A stretch of DNA of 64,000 nt, from assembly GCF_032191835.1 (NCBI RefSeq), contig NC_083236.1:1860001-1924000 (forward strand), given 5' to 3'. Position 1 is the stretch's first letter, and the number at the start of each line of letters is the position of its first letter. Shown in pieces: positions 12,191-22,385 of the stretch. The position numbers and the translations under genes were made by a program. Under the pieces are notes generated by a model. The model was not told the DNA's origin and did no database searches. It saw only the letters and a program-made list of their open reading frames with translations. The DNA comes from Heteronotia binoei (Eukaryota).

Positions 12191-14060
12191 CTTTCTCGTG
12201 GCACGCGTCATCGCCCCTACTACAACATTTATCTGCCTCCGCCCTTTTCCTACCTGCCTAGGAGTTGATCTTTTCAGACAAGAGGCCTACAAAATAGAGT
12301 TTGCGCAGATTCCAAACCAATCCGTGGTGATCACCACTCCCCCTTCCTTACCTCTTCTGGCGGAGGTGCACAACCTCCTACAGAAACAAGCCATAGAGAG
12401 AGTTCCGATGGAGGCCAGGACGGGAGGTTTTTACTCTCACTACTTCCTGGTCCCCAAGAGGGACGGGGGCTTAAGACCAATTATGGATCTTCGGAATCTG
12501 AACAAATTCATTCTGTACCAGAAGTTCAGAATGGCCACGCTGCAAATAATCCTGCCCCTCATCAACCAAGGGGACTGGATGGCGACCCTGGACCTCAAGG
12601 ATGCTTATTTCCATGTCAGCATCCATCCTTCGTTCAGGCGTTTCCTCAGGTTTGCAGTGGGTTCCCAGCACTTCCAGTTCAAATCCCTTCCTTTCAGCCT
12701 GTTCACTGCACCTCGGGTGTTTACGAAGATGATGAGCATTGTGGTTGCCCATCTCCATCTCCAGGGAGTTGTTGTCTTTCCATACATCGATGACTGGCTT
12801 TTTGTGGCGAAGTCGAGGGAAAGTTTGTCAACGCACATTGCCATCACTCTACGTCTTATCGACACCTTGGGGTTGCAGGTCAATTTGGAGAAATCTCACC
12901 TTACTCCGTCAAGGACAGTGCAGTTCATAGGGGCTTTGCTGGATACAAACCAGCATCGTGCATACCTGCCTTCGCAGAAGGCAAAGGACATTGTCGGTCT
13001 GGTACAACTGCTTCAGAGGCGAAAGTGGGGCACAGCACAGCAGCTTCAGCGGATGCTGGGGCTGATGTCGGCGACGACAAGCGTGCTACTTTTCACAAAA
13101 CAGAATGAGAGGCCTACAGTTGTGGTTTCTTCGCCAGTTTCGTCCACTCAGATACTCACCTCGAAAGAGGTTCACCATCCCATCCAGGACTCTTCAGACG
13201 CTACAGTGGTGGGAGTCAGAGAACAACATCTGCCAGAGAGCTCCCTTCCATCTGCCAACTCCTACTGTGACTATCACCACAGATGCTTCCTTGTGGGGTT
13301 GGGGGGCTCACATGGAAGGCCTGTGTGTGGGGGGGCCAGTGGCCGCCAAAACTGACTCAGTTCCACATAAACTACCTGGAACTGCTGGAGGTTCACTTTG
13401 CCCTACGCTCTTTCCGCCCCTTAGTGGCGGGGAAGACTGTAGTGCTGCTTACGGACAATACCACTGCCCTGTACTACATCAACAGGCAGGGAGGGACAGT
13501 GTCTCGTCGGCTCTGCGCATTGGCGATGGATCTCTGGTTGGAGTGTCTCCAGTACGACATCTTCGTGAAGGCGGCACATCTTCCAGGGGTCCTCAACATT
13601 CAGGCAGACTCCCTCAGCAGGGGTGGGGCTTCCCCACACGAGTGGGAACTGCAGTGGCGTTTTCTGAAGCCCGTATTCCAGCTTTGGGGGTAGCCGCAGC
13701 TGGATGTCTTTGCCACAGCCGAGAACAAGAAATGTCCCATGTTCTGTTCCAGAGGGGGAGTGGATCCAGCCTCTCTGGGAGACGGGCTCCTGCTTCCTTT
13801 GGAGGGTCAGTTCATCTACATGTTCCCGCCTCTGCCGTTGTTGACAAGGGTGGTCAACAAGATAGCAAGGGAGAGACCACGCTGCATCCTGGTGACTCCC
13901 TGGTGGCCTCGACAGAACTGGTTCTCGATCTTGTTCCAACTGTCGAGGGGGGTCTTCTAACAGTTCCCGGCAGAACCGGACCTCCTGTCAGCTCAGGGCG
14001 GGCATGTATTCCATCACAATGTGCCCCATCTGAAGCTGACAGCATGGTTCATCAACCAGT
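12191..14060 (+). pseudogene. DIRS B RT-RNase H-methyltransferase ORF, disrupted
   Basis: LDLKDAYFH, PYIDDW, TDASLWGWG, HINYLEL, TDNTT, ADSLSR, LDVFA, YMFPP. Confidence 0.9.
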
Positions 14061-15096
14061 AGGGTTCTCTGACAGGGTCCAGCAAGTTCTTATGAACAGC
14101 AGGAAACCGTCCACCGGTGCTTCCTATGACAGGAAGTGGCGGAGATTTACTAAGTTTTTGGTTGACCCGTCGGTCTCACCTAGCAGGGTGGGGTTGTCGG
14201 CAATTTTTAATTTTTTGTTGTCCCTAGTGGATGCAGGCCTGGTTTTCTCCTCCGTCAAAGTTTATTTGGCGGCAATATCTGCCTTCCATGATCCGGTGGA
14301 GGGGTACTCCGTTTTCGCACACCCTCAGTCCCAAAAATTTTTGAAGGGGTTGTTTAGACTGCACCCACGATCAAGATCACCCCCACAGTTGTGGGACTTG
14401 ACTTTAGTGCTGGACAAACTAACTCGTCGCCCCTTTGAGCCGATGGCCACGTGCTCTTTGCAGCTCCTGTCATGGAAGACTGCATTTTTTGTTGCCATTA
14501 CATCAGCACGTCATGTTGGGGAGCTCACGGCGATGCGGTGTGATTATCTTTATCTTGTTTTTCGAGAGGCTGGGGTTTCCCTGGCTCCAGACATTAGTTT
14601 TCTTCCGAAGGTGGTTTCTCAGTTTCACCTCAATTTAGAAGTTTGGTTGCCCACTTTTTACCCTTCCTCGGACGAGGAACGTAGGTTGCATGCTCTGGAT
14701 GTTAAGCGTGCTTTGTTGTTTTATTTGAAACGTTCAAAGATTTTTTGTAAGGACAAGCAGCTTTTTGCTTCGTATGCTGCTCCCAAGACAGGTTCCAGGA
14801 TTTCGTCTCAGAGGCTCTCAAAATGGCTCACTGAGATGATTAAGCTCTGTTATTTGTTGGCGAAGAAGCCGTTACCTGGGCCTGTTCGTGGACACTCCAC
14901 AAGAGCGATGGCCACATCGGTGGCGTTCCTGAGAGGCGTGTCCCTTTCTGATGTCTGCAAGGCTACCACCTGGTCTTCTCCGCATGCCTTCATGAAGCAC
15001 TACGCGCTGGACGTGCATGCTCAGCAGAGGACTCGGTTTGGAACTGTGGTGCTGCAAGCTGTTTCTTCCCGCCTCCAGGTATGTCTTGCTTGCTAG
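14057..15096 (+). pseudogene. DIRS B tyrosine recombinase
   Basis: SARHVGEL (catalytic R apparently mutated to H), GHSTRA, TWSS..F.KHY. Confidence 0.88.
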
Positions 15097-15739
15097 TCTC
15101 CCATTGGTGTGAAGCACAGAGACCATGAAGAAGATAGACAGGTTGCTTACCTGTAACTGTAGATCCTCGAGTGGTCATCTGTGCATTCACACTACCCGCC
15201 CTCCTTCCCCACTGCTCACGGTCTCCCTCCAGTAGGGGCTTCCAGCAGTCAGGAAGGAACTGACGGGATCCCCGTGCTGGCGCCGGTGGGCATGCGTACT
15301 GGGACGCCTGCGCATGCCCATTGGCGCCGAGCGCGGAAAAATCCCGGGCTTTTCAGATACCGATTCGGGGATCGGCGCAGGAGCTCTATCCCATGGGTGT
15401 GAATGCACAGATGACCACTTGAAGATCTACAGTTACAGGTAAGCAACCTGTCTTTATAGGAAGTGCTGACTACCAAAACTTCCCTTTTATGCTAAACCCA
15501 ATAATTACAAAGATATTTGTGTTACTGCATAACTTGCACCTTGGGTATTCTGCGAATGTTCTGAATTGCATAAACATAGATGTCCAGAAATGGGAGGTTT
15601 AGTTATTAAAATTGGTCTCTTTTTAAATGTGTACTTTTGTAAGACAGGGTTGTTTTCAAGTGCAGCAATTTTTTTAATAAGCAAAATACTTCCCTCCCCA
15701 GCAGTAATATTGCTTCCCCTTTTTATGTTTTCATTGTAG

Positions 15740-15940
15740 GCATATAATGAAAATATGTATGGCAGTAAGTATCAGTGGATCATTCCTGGGTGGTACCAGA
15801 GTTACTGGTGGGAACAGGTTATTCCGAAGCTGAATACATCACACTGTCTTACTAGAGACCTCCTCAAAGCCATGGAAGGTTACATTGGAGTGGATTTTGA
15901 ACCTCTCAGTTCCAAAGCGATAAAAACCATTTCAGGAAAG
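15740..15940 (+). CDS. GABBR2: GABBR2 internal exon ([19 protein letters not shown]...[16 protein letters not shown])
   Basis: tcattgtag acceptor and gtgagt donor; 201 nt, in frame with the previous exon; contains [14 protein letters not shown] and [16 protein letters not shown]. Confidence 0.96.
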
Positions 15941-16020
15941 GTGAGTCTGTTTTACTATCTACCATTTTGGAAATGTACAGATATTTCCCAGATATACTGT
16001 ATTTTTACTGTAAAATTGTC

Positions 16021-16988
16021 TAGGATGGGCATGAATTGGGAAAATGCGGTTCGTGTCAGTTTGTGCTTCGTGGCTAAACTACAAACCAAACTCGTTTGTT
16101 TGCAAACCAGACTGATTCCTCATTTGTGGCTATGCAAACCCCATTTAAAGAGACTGCAGTACCTTTAAGCAAAGTTTGCAGAAAGCCCAAAAAGCAGCTG
16201 AGAGACAGGGAGCAACCTCCTCCTTGCTGCTCAGTTGTTTTGGGTTGTTTTGTACAGTCCCTTTAAACTTTAAAGGGGCCACAAAAGGCTCTTTAAAGTT
16301 TAAAGAGATTGCACAAGATAGCCCGAAACAGGTGAGTGATGGGAGTGCCTTTCTGTTGCTCAGCTGTTTTTTGGCTGTCTTCTGGAATGTCTTTCAAGTT
16401 TAAAGGGACTGCAGAAGACAGCCTAAAACAGCTCAATTGGTGTTGTGTTTTTTGAAGGGAACAGAAAATAAAGAGTTTAAAGGGACTCAGAATTCCTTTA
16501 GAATCATGGAATCATAATGTTGGAAGTTACCTCCAGCTAATCCAACCCTCTGCGCAATGCAGAAAATTCACAAGTACCCTCTCCCTACACACACACCCAG
16601 TGACCCCTGCTCCAAACCCACAAGATGGCAAAATATGGGGGGGGAACCCTCTCCAGGATCCTTGGAAAAACTGGTCTGGAAAGAATTGCTGCCTGACCGC
16701 GCCTCCCCTCTAAAGTGGCAATCAGCATTTCCCTATGCATGTAAGAAGGGGCCATGAGAACTATTCACTGATGCAGTCCTTCTTGCCCTCCTCATAAGCT
16801 GCCTAAGTTTACAGAATCAGCACTGCTGTCAGATGGCCATCTAGCCTCTGTTTGAAAGCCTCCATAGAAGGAGAGCCCACCACCTCCCAAGGAAGCCTGC
16901 TTTCTGATCTATCCCTGAATCATCACTGCTTTAAAAGTTTGTGGAAGTTCGTGACAGTCGACCCATCATGAAGTTTTGTTCATCCCTA
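16021..16988. mobile_element. Probable MITE with degenerate TAGGGATG termini, interrupted by CR1
   Basis: taggatgggcatgaa at the left and gttcatcccta at the right; no TSD confirmed. Confidence 0.4.
16498..16900 (-). mobile_element. CR1 LINE 3' end fragment
   Basis: agaatcatggaatcata tail; gaaggagagcccaccacctcccaaggaagcctg is typical of the CR1 3' end. Confidence 0.6.
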
Positions 16989-17587
16989 AAACTGAGTGAA
17001 TCAACATTTGTGGATGTTATAAACCAGCCCTAACAAGAACTTCTTGCACAGATATTTTTATGTTGTACAGTAAAACATTCTGATGTGAAATGATGACTAA
17101 GCTGTGAGTTGGATCCACCTTGCCCAGTTCCCCTCCCTGTGACACTTCCCATCCCTCGTGGCTTTTGTCCATAAAGCTCCCATTATCCGAAACATAACCT
17201 CTTGGATGGTCAACGGGGATGCATTCCTTCTTTCACACTCGTGGAAAAACTAGTAATAGCCAACTCCTGACATTTCCATTAAGAATTGCTGAGAGACACT
17301 AAATGAAATAATTGTTGAAGCCATCAGGCACCAGAATGAAATTTCTAGGCACCATGGCAACCTTGCGCCTGGGGTTTTTTGAGCTGTGGATTAATGTGTA
17401 TATGTAAGACAGTGGCTGTATCATGTAACGATGTCTGTGCCTTGCTTTCACTGCTCTGACACTGCTTTTTCCAAGAAGGAGATTCTGTATGCCTCAGTCG
17501 ACATTTATTGAGGTGTGTTTATTTGTGGAATTTACTGCTGAGGAGCTCATGTAGACAGTCTACTAATGTGACCATCATAATGTAGGA

Positions 17588-18216
17588 CAGGGGTGTGGAA
17601 CCTTTTTTCTGCCAAGGGCCATATGGATATTTATAACATCATTCATGGGCCATAAAAAATTATCAACTTAAAAAACAGTGCTCCGCCGAGGGAGAATGAT
17701 TCAGGCCAGCAGAATTAATGCAAATAATTGTTTTTCTATTTGAAGTCATGTGGGGAGAGCCTAATCTGACACACACACACACATACCAGGCCCGCCACCC
17801 TAGGCAAATTCAGGGCTTTTTTGTAGAAAAAGCCCATCAGGAACTCAGTAGCATATTGACTACATCCTCTAATATTAGCATATTAGATCACACACTCATT
17901 AGCATATCAGGCCACACCATCTGGGATAATCAAGTGCAAACTGAACTGTGACAGTAACTTTTCCAGGTCCTGCAGCAATTCTGGCCAGCTGGCCAGGCCC
18001 CAGGAGGCTGCCGCACAGTACATCTGGGCCCTGTGATCCCTGCCTGGCCCTGGGGAGGCTGCTGCACAGAGCAGCTGGGCCCCACGATCCTCGCTGGCCA
18101 GCCAGACCCCAGGGAGGTTGCCACATGGCTCGGTTCAGTCCAGCAATTTCCAAGGGCCACACCAAGTGACCTCGAGGGCTGTATACGGCCTTCGGGACAG
18201 AGGTTCCCCACCCCTG
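17588..18216. mobile_element. hAT-superfamily non-autonomous DNA transposon (MITE)
   Basis: 16-bp TIRs CAGGGGTG(T/G)GGAACCT with 1 mismatch; 8-bp TSD ATGTAGGA at 17580-17587 and 18217-18224. Confidence 0.9.
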
Positions 18217-18743
18217 ATGTAGGATAAAAATTCTTGTCTGGAACATAGTGGCAGAATTGAGGAGTAAAGTGTGCTGCAGGCCAAGGGTCAGCAGTTTCTT
18301 CTCCCAGAACTTGCTATGACTTTGTTCTTGCCCTGCTCATGCCAACAGGCCCCGCAAGTAGTTCCTTTGTCCCAGCTGGCATGCAGTGCCATCTCAGGCA
18401 GGTCTGCTCAGAGGGTGGGCGGGCGGGTGCTTATTCCCAGGACAGGGCTCCTAGGATTCCACTGGGAGGGTCTGAATCCCTTGCAGGAGGCAGGAGGGAT
18501 TGCCTCTGGAATGTCAGAGGCAGCAAAGGAAGCTCAATCCAGCACAGAGCTGCAGTGACCCTATACTGGATGGAAGCAGGTACTTTGCTGGAGCGACTAG
18601 ATGATGTGAGCTGAACTATGCCTATCTGGAAGAAATGCTGAAAATCTAAAAAACTTTCACAGTCTTGAGGGCAAAGCTGTTCGCTGATTTCTGGTTTAAA
18701 TAGTAGATGGTCCAATGAACCAGCTTTCCTTTCTTTTTGGCAG

Positions 18744-18980
18744 ACTCCACAGCAGTATGAAAATGAATATAATGAAAGGAGGGGGACTGTTGAGTCCAGT
18801 AAGTTCCATGGCTTTGCTTATGATGGCATCTGGGTCATTGCCAAGACTCTGCAGCGAGCTATGAAGTACCTGAACGCCACCAACAAAAACCAAAAGATCG
18901 AGGACTTCAACTACACCAACAAAGAGCTTGGGAAAATTTTTCTGGATGCAATGAATGAGACAAACTTTTTTGGTGTCACG
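18744..18980 (+). CDS. GABBR2: GABBR2 internal exon ([10 protein letters not shown]...[22 protein letters not shown]...[10 protein letters not shown])
   Basis: tttttggcag acceptor and gtaagc donor; 237 nt, phase 0; contains [16 protein letters not shown] and [11 protein letters not shown]. Not in the ORF track. Confidence 0.96.
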
Positions 18981-20860
18981 GTAAGCACTGGATTTTAAAT
19001 GACCTGCTAACTACAGATTTAGAAAAGAATAAACAAACAATGAGCATGAATTACAGAAGGCTGAAAGGACCAAGTCTTTCCTTTCATACGTTATATTTTA
19101 ATAATTGACACATTAAAATAATAATATGGTGAGTACATGTTTGCAGCCAGGGAGCCAGTACTGGGTATGGCTGTCTGTCAAGTGTACATTCGGTGGTAAA
19201 CCTTTGCATGCTAACATGTGAAAGTTCAGCCACCTGATTGGAAGCAGTCATAGTAGGGTTTGTACCACTTTGTACCTTGACCTCATACTACTGAGGAGTA
19301 TGAAAACGTCTTTCTGTGGGGAGTGATTTTCATCTCATTGTAATATAGTGAATTACTTATGTGGATTATCTCTGTCATGTTACAGTTTTCTGCGCCCTCA
19401 CTTCATCTCGGTTTATGTGACAGCAAAGTTGGCATCTGAGTTTATTTACAGCTCTGGTACTAGTGTCCATGTTCAAATTAGATGTTGTATTATGCATGAG
19501 ATGTTGTTTAAGATTTTAACATTGATTGGGTCAATATGTCAGGAGAAAGAGACTGAGTTTCTATATACTCTCAATTACTGTGCCCTGGATCTGATGGTAA
19601 CTGAACCTACCAGAGATGAGGTGATTCTGGACTTGGTTCTAAGTAAGGATCTGGTGAGAGATGTACATGTGATACCACCAGTTGGGAATAATGACCATAA
19701 TGCTATAAAATTTAACATTTATGTAAATAAGGAGTTGCCTCTAAAGACTAATGCAGCCACATTTAACTTTAGAAGTGTAACTTTTTTTAAATGGGCGTGT
19801 GAGGAAGAAACTGAAAGGAAAGGTAAGGAGGGTCAAATCCCTTTGGGAAGTTTGGAGACTATTTAAAACTACAATACTGAAAAACCATAGAGAATGTATA
19901 CCATAGATTAGAAAAGGTATGATTAGGTATTTAAAAAGGCCTGCATGGTTAATGAACAAAGTAATAAAAGCCGTAAAACATAAGATGGGTTCCTTCAAGC
20001 AGTGGAAGGCTAGTTCAAGTGAGGTCAATAAAAGGGAGCACAGGATTTGGCAAATTAAATGCAAGTCAGTAATCAAACAGGCAAAAAGAGACTATGAGGA
20101 ACATATCACACACACACAAGAAGACTAATAATAAAAATTTCTTTAAATACATTAGAAGCAGAAAATCAGCCAGGGAGGCAATGGGACCCTTGAATGGCCA
20201 AGAAGTAAAAGGATTACTAAAAGATGATATTGAAATGGCAGAGAAGCTGAATGCTTTTTTTTTCTTTTTTTTGGGGGGGGGGGGGTGGTGCGGCCTCTGT
20301 CTCCACTATCAAAGATGAGAGATGTTTGTCCACTCCAGAACTGCAGATTTCAGGAGGGGTGCTGAAAGACCAGAGTCAGATTGAGGTGATGAGAGAGGAG
20401 GCTGTACAAGTGATAGACAAATTAAAAACTGACAAATCATCAGGGCCAGGTGGCATACATCAAAGACTTCTGAAAGAACTCAAATGTGGATCTCCTGACA
20501 AAAATTTGCAATCTGTCACTAAAATCTGCCTCCATACCTGAGAACTGGAAGATAGCTAATGTAATCCCCATCTTTTAAAAAGATTCCAGAGGAGATATGG
20601 AAAATTACAGGCTGATTAGTCTAACATAGATACTGGGTAAGTTGGTGGGATCTGTTATTAAAGATATAATTAGTTTATTAAATATAGTAAGGAAAGATCT
20701 TGTCTTACTAAGCTTTTAGAGTCCTTTGAGGGAGTGAACAGACATGTGGACAGGGGTGACCCAATAGATGTTGTTTACCTAGACTTCCAGAAAGCTTTTG
20801 ATAAAGTTCCTCACTGAAGGCTCCAGAGTAAGCTCAGCAGTCATGGGATAAGAGGACAAG

Positions 20861-21152
20861 ATGGAGTGGAAAAAGTTCAGAAGATACGTAGAAAAAGAGT
20901 GGAAAATAAAAGGACATTGGACAATTTTTGATAATGACTAAGTACAAGAGGGAGGAGGAAAATAATTTTGGTTCTTATTAATTAAGGGTACCTTTAATAT
21001 TAAGATTTTAAGTATATAACTCCGGCGGGGGTCAAGTAATGGGGGGAGGGGTGGGTAGAAAGTAATATATGGGATAGATAAAAAAGTAATTATTAATGAT
21101 GTAAGAAATTGAAATTTATTACCATATGTTACTAATAAAATTGTTTGAAGCA
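20861..21152 (+). mobile_element. 5'-truncated L1 3' end, same family as the L1 at 1-2995
   Basis: Roughly 90% or more identical to 2701-2993; flanked by the repeat AAGAGGACAAGATG (20850-20863 and 21153-21166). Confidence 0.9.
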
Positions 21153-21163
21153 AAGAGGACAAG

Positions 21164-21765
21164 ATGACAAAGCAGAACTGTTCCGCCAGGCCTCTGATGG
21201 AAGCATCTAATAGATGAGGATGACATTTCCATCTGATTGACCCTTCTGCTTCCTCTCTCTCCTGCCTCTTCCCAGTTTGGATACTGTATTGCTGTGTGCC
21301 ATGTATTCAACTCAGTTTGTTATTATTGGTTTTATTATGAACATAAGAGAAGCCATGTTGGATCAGGCCAATGGCCCATCCAGCCCAACACTCTTGTCTC
21401 GCACAGTGGCCAAAAAAATTATATATACACACATATACATATATATATACACACATTGTGGCATCTCTGCTCCATATTTTTATCTAACCCCTTCTTGAAG
21501 CTGGCTATCCTTATAGCCGCTACCACCTCATGTGGCAGTGAATTCCACATGTTAATCACCCTTTGGATGAAGAAGTACTTCCTTTTATCCGTTTTAACCC
21601 GACTGCTCAACAATTTCATCGAATGCCCATGAGTGATTACTTTTGAGAATTGTTTTAATATTGAATTATGGTTCTTGTTATTATAAGTTGTAACTCATTG
21701 TCATTGAGAGCCTTGTGGTGGAAGGAGAGGGTGAGTAATAAATTGAGGGGGAAAAATAAATAAAG
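21164..21765 (+). mobile_element. Probable L2 3' end fragment with a nested CR1
   Basis: Encodes KAELFRQA (L2 ORF2 C-terminus-like); ends in aaataaataaa. Confidence 0.5.
21340..21633 (-). mobile_element. CR1 3' end
   Basis: gaacataagagaagccatgttggatcaggcc tail; MKLLSSRVKTDKRKYFFIQRVINMWNSLP. Confidence 0.9.
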
Positions 21766-22385
21766 TCCTCTTGTGGATTAAAACCTGGTTAATTAACAGG
21801 AAACAGATTGAATGCTGGAGGCTGGGAAGCCATGGGGTACCACAGGGCTTGGTACAGAGTCCGGTACTTTTTAGCTTGTTCATTAATGATTCAAAGTTGG
21901 GAGTAAGCAGTGAAGTGGCCGAGTCTGCAGATGACACTAACTTGTTCAGGGTGGTGAGGATCAGGGAGGATCCAGAGGGATCTGGCGATTGGACATCAAT
22001 GTGACAAATGAGGTTCAGTGTGAGCAAGTGCAAAGTAATGCACTTTTGAACCCAAAACACTAACTTTTGGGTGTGATCACATTAGCAGTTTGGCCCAATA
22101 TAGCCACCCTTCCCCTCCATATTAAATGGGCACAATAATGTGCACATCTGGATCTCGTGCCCTCTTGTCCTTACCTCATGCTAAGATGACTCCTATGCAG
22201 ATCCAGTAGTCACCAGCAAATTCCAGTGGCTTCCCCAGCGAAGTGCTTCCATGGCAGGTTTCCGGTTGTTTGATAGCTATGGGTGCAGATGTATTAATTG
22301 TCAAAGCAATGGTGGGGATACTCCATTCATTTCCTCCTCCCAAGCATGGAGTTAATGAACAGCATCCTTTTCTTAGGGATCAAGG

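Larger units (their letters stand above)
9744..15453 (+). mobile_element. Full-length DIRS1-type retrotransposon (copy B) in the GABBR2 intron
   Basis: Left end ATCTTCTTCGTGGTC; ITRs about 9744-9925 and 15252-15426; ICR about 15101-15191 (junction 15135|15136); gag, RT-RH-MT and YR; no TSD. Confidence 0.95.
19575..22065 (+). mobile_element. CR1 LINE ORF2 remnant (19575-20860 and 21763-22065), interrupted by L1 and L2 fragments
   Basis: EPTRDEVILDLVL, NDHNAIKF, FFKYIRSRK, SGPGGIH, YLDFQKAFDKVPH, GVPQG. Confidence 0.85.

Noticed and set aside
12186-12260. Conserved CTTTGACT at the gag stop as a branch point for a spliced RT mRNA
   Set aside because: It overlaps the gag stop codon, and the downstream AG position is inconsistent among B, C and D
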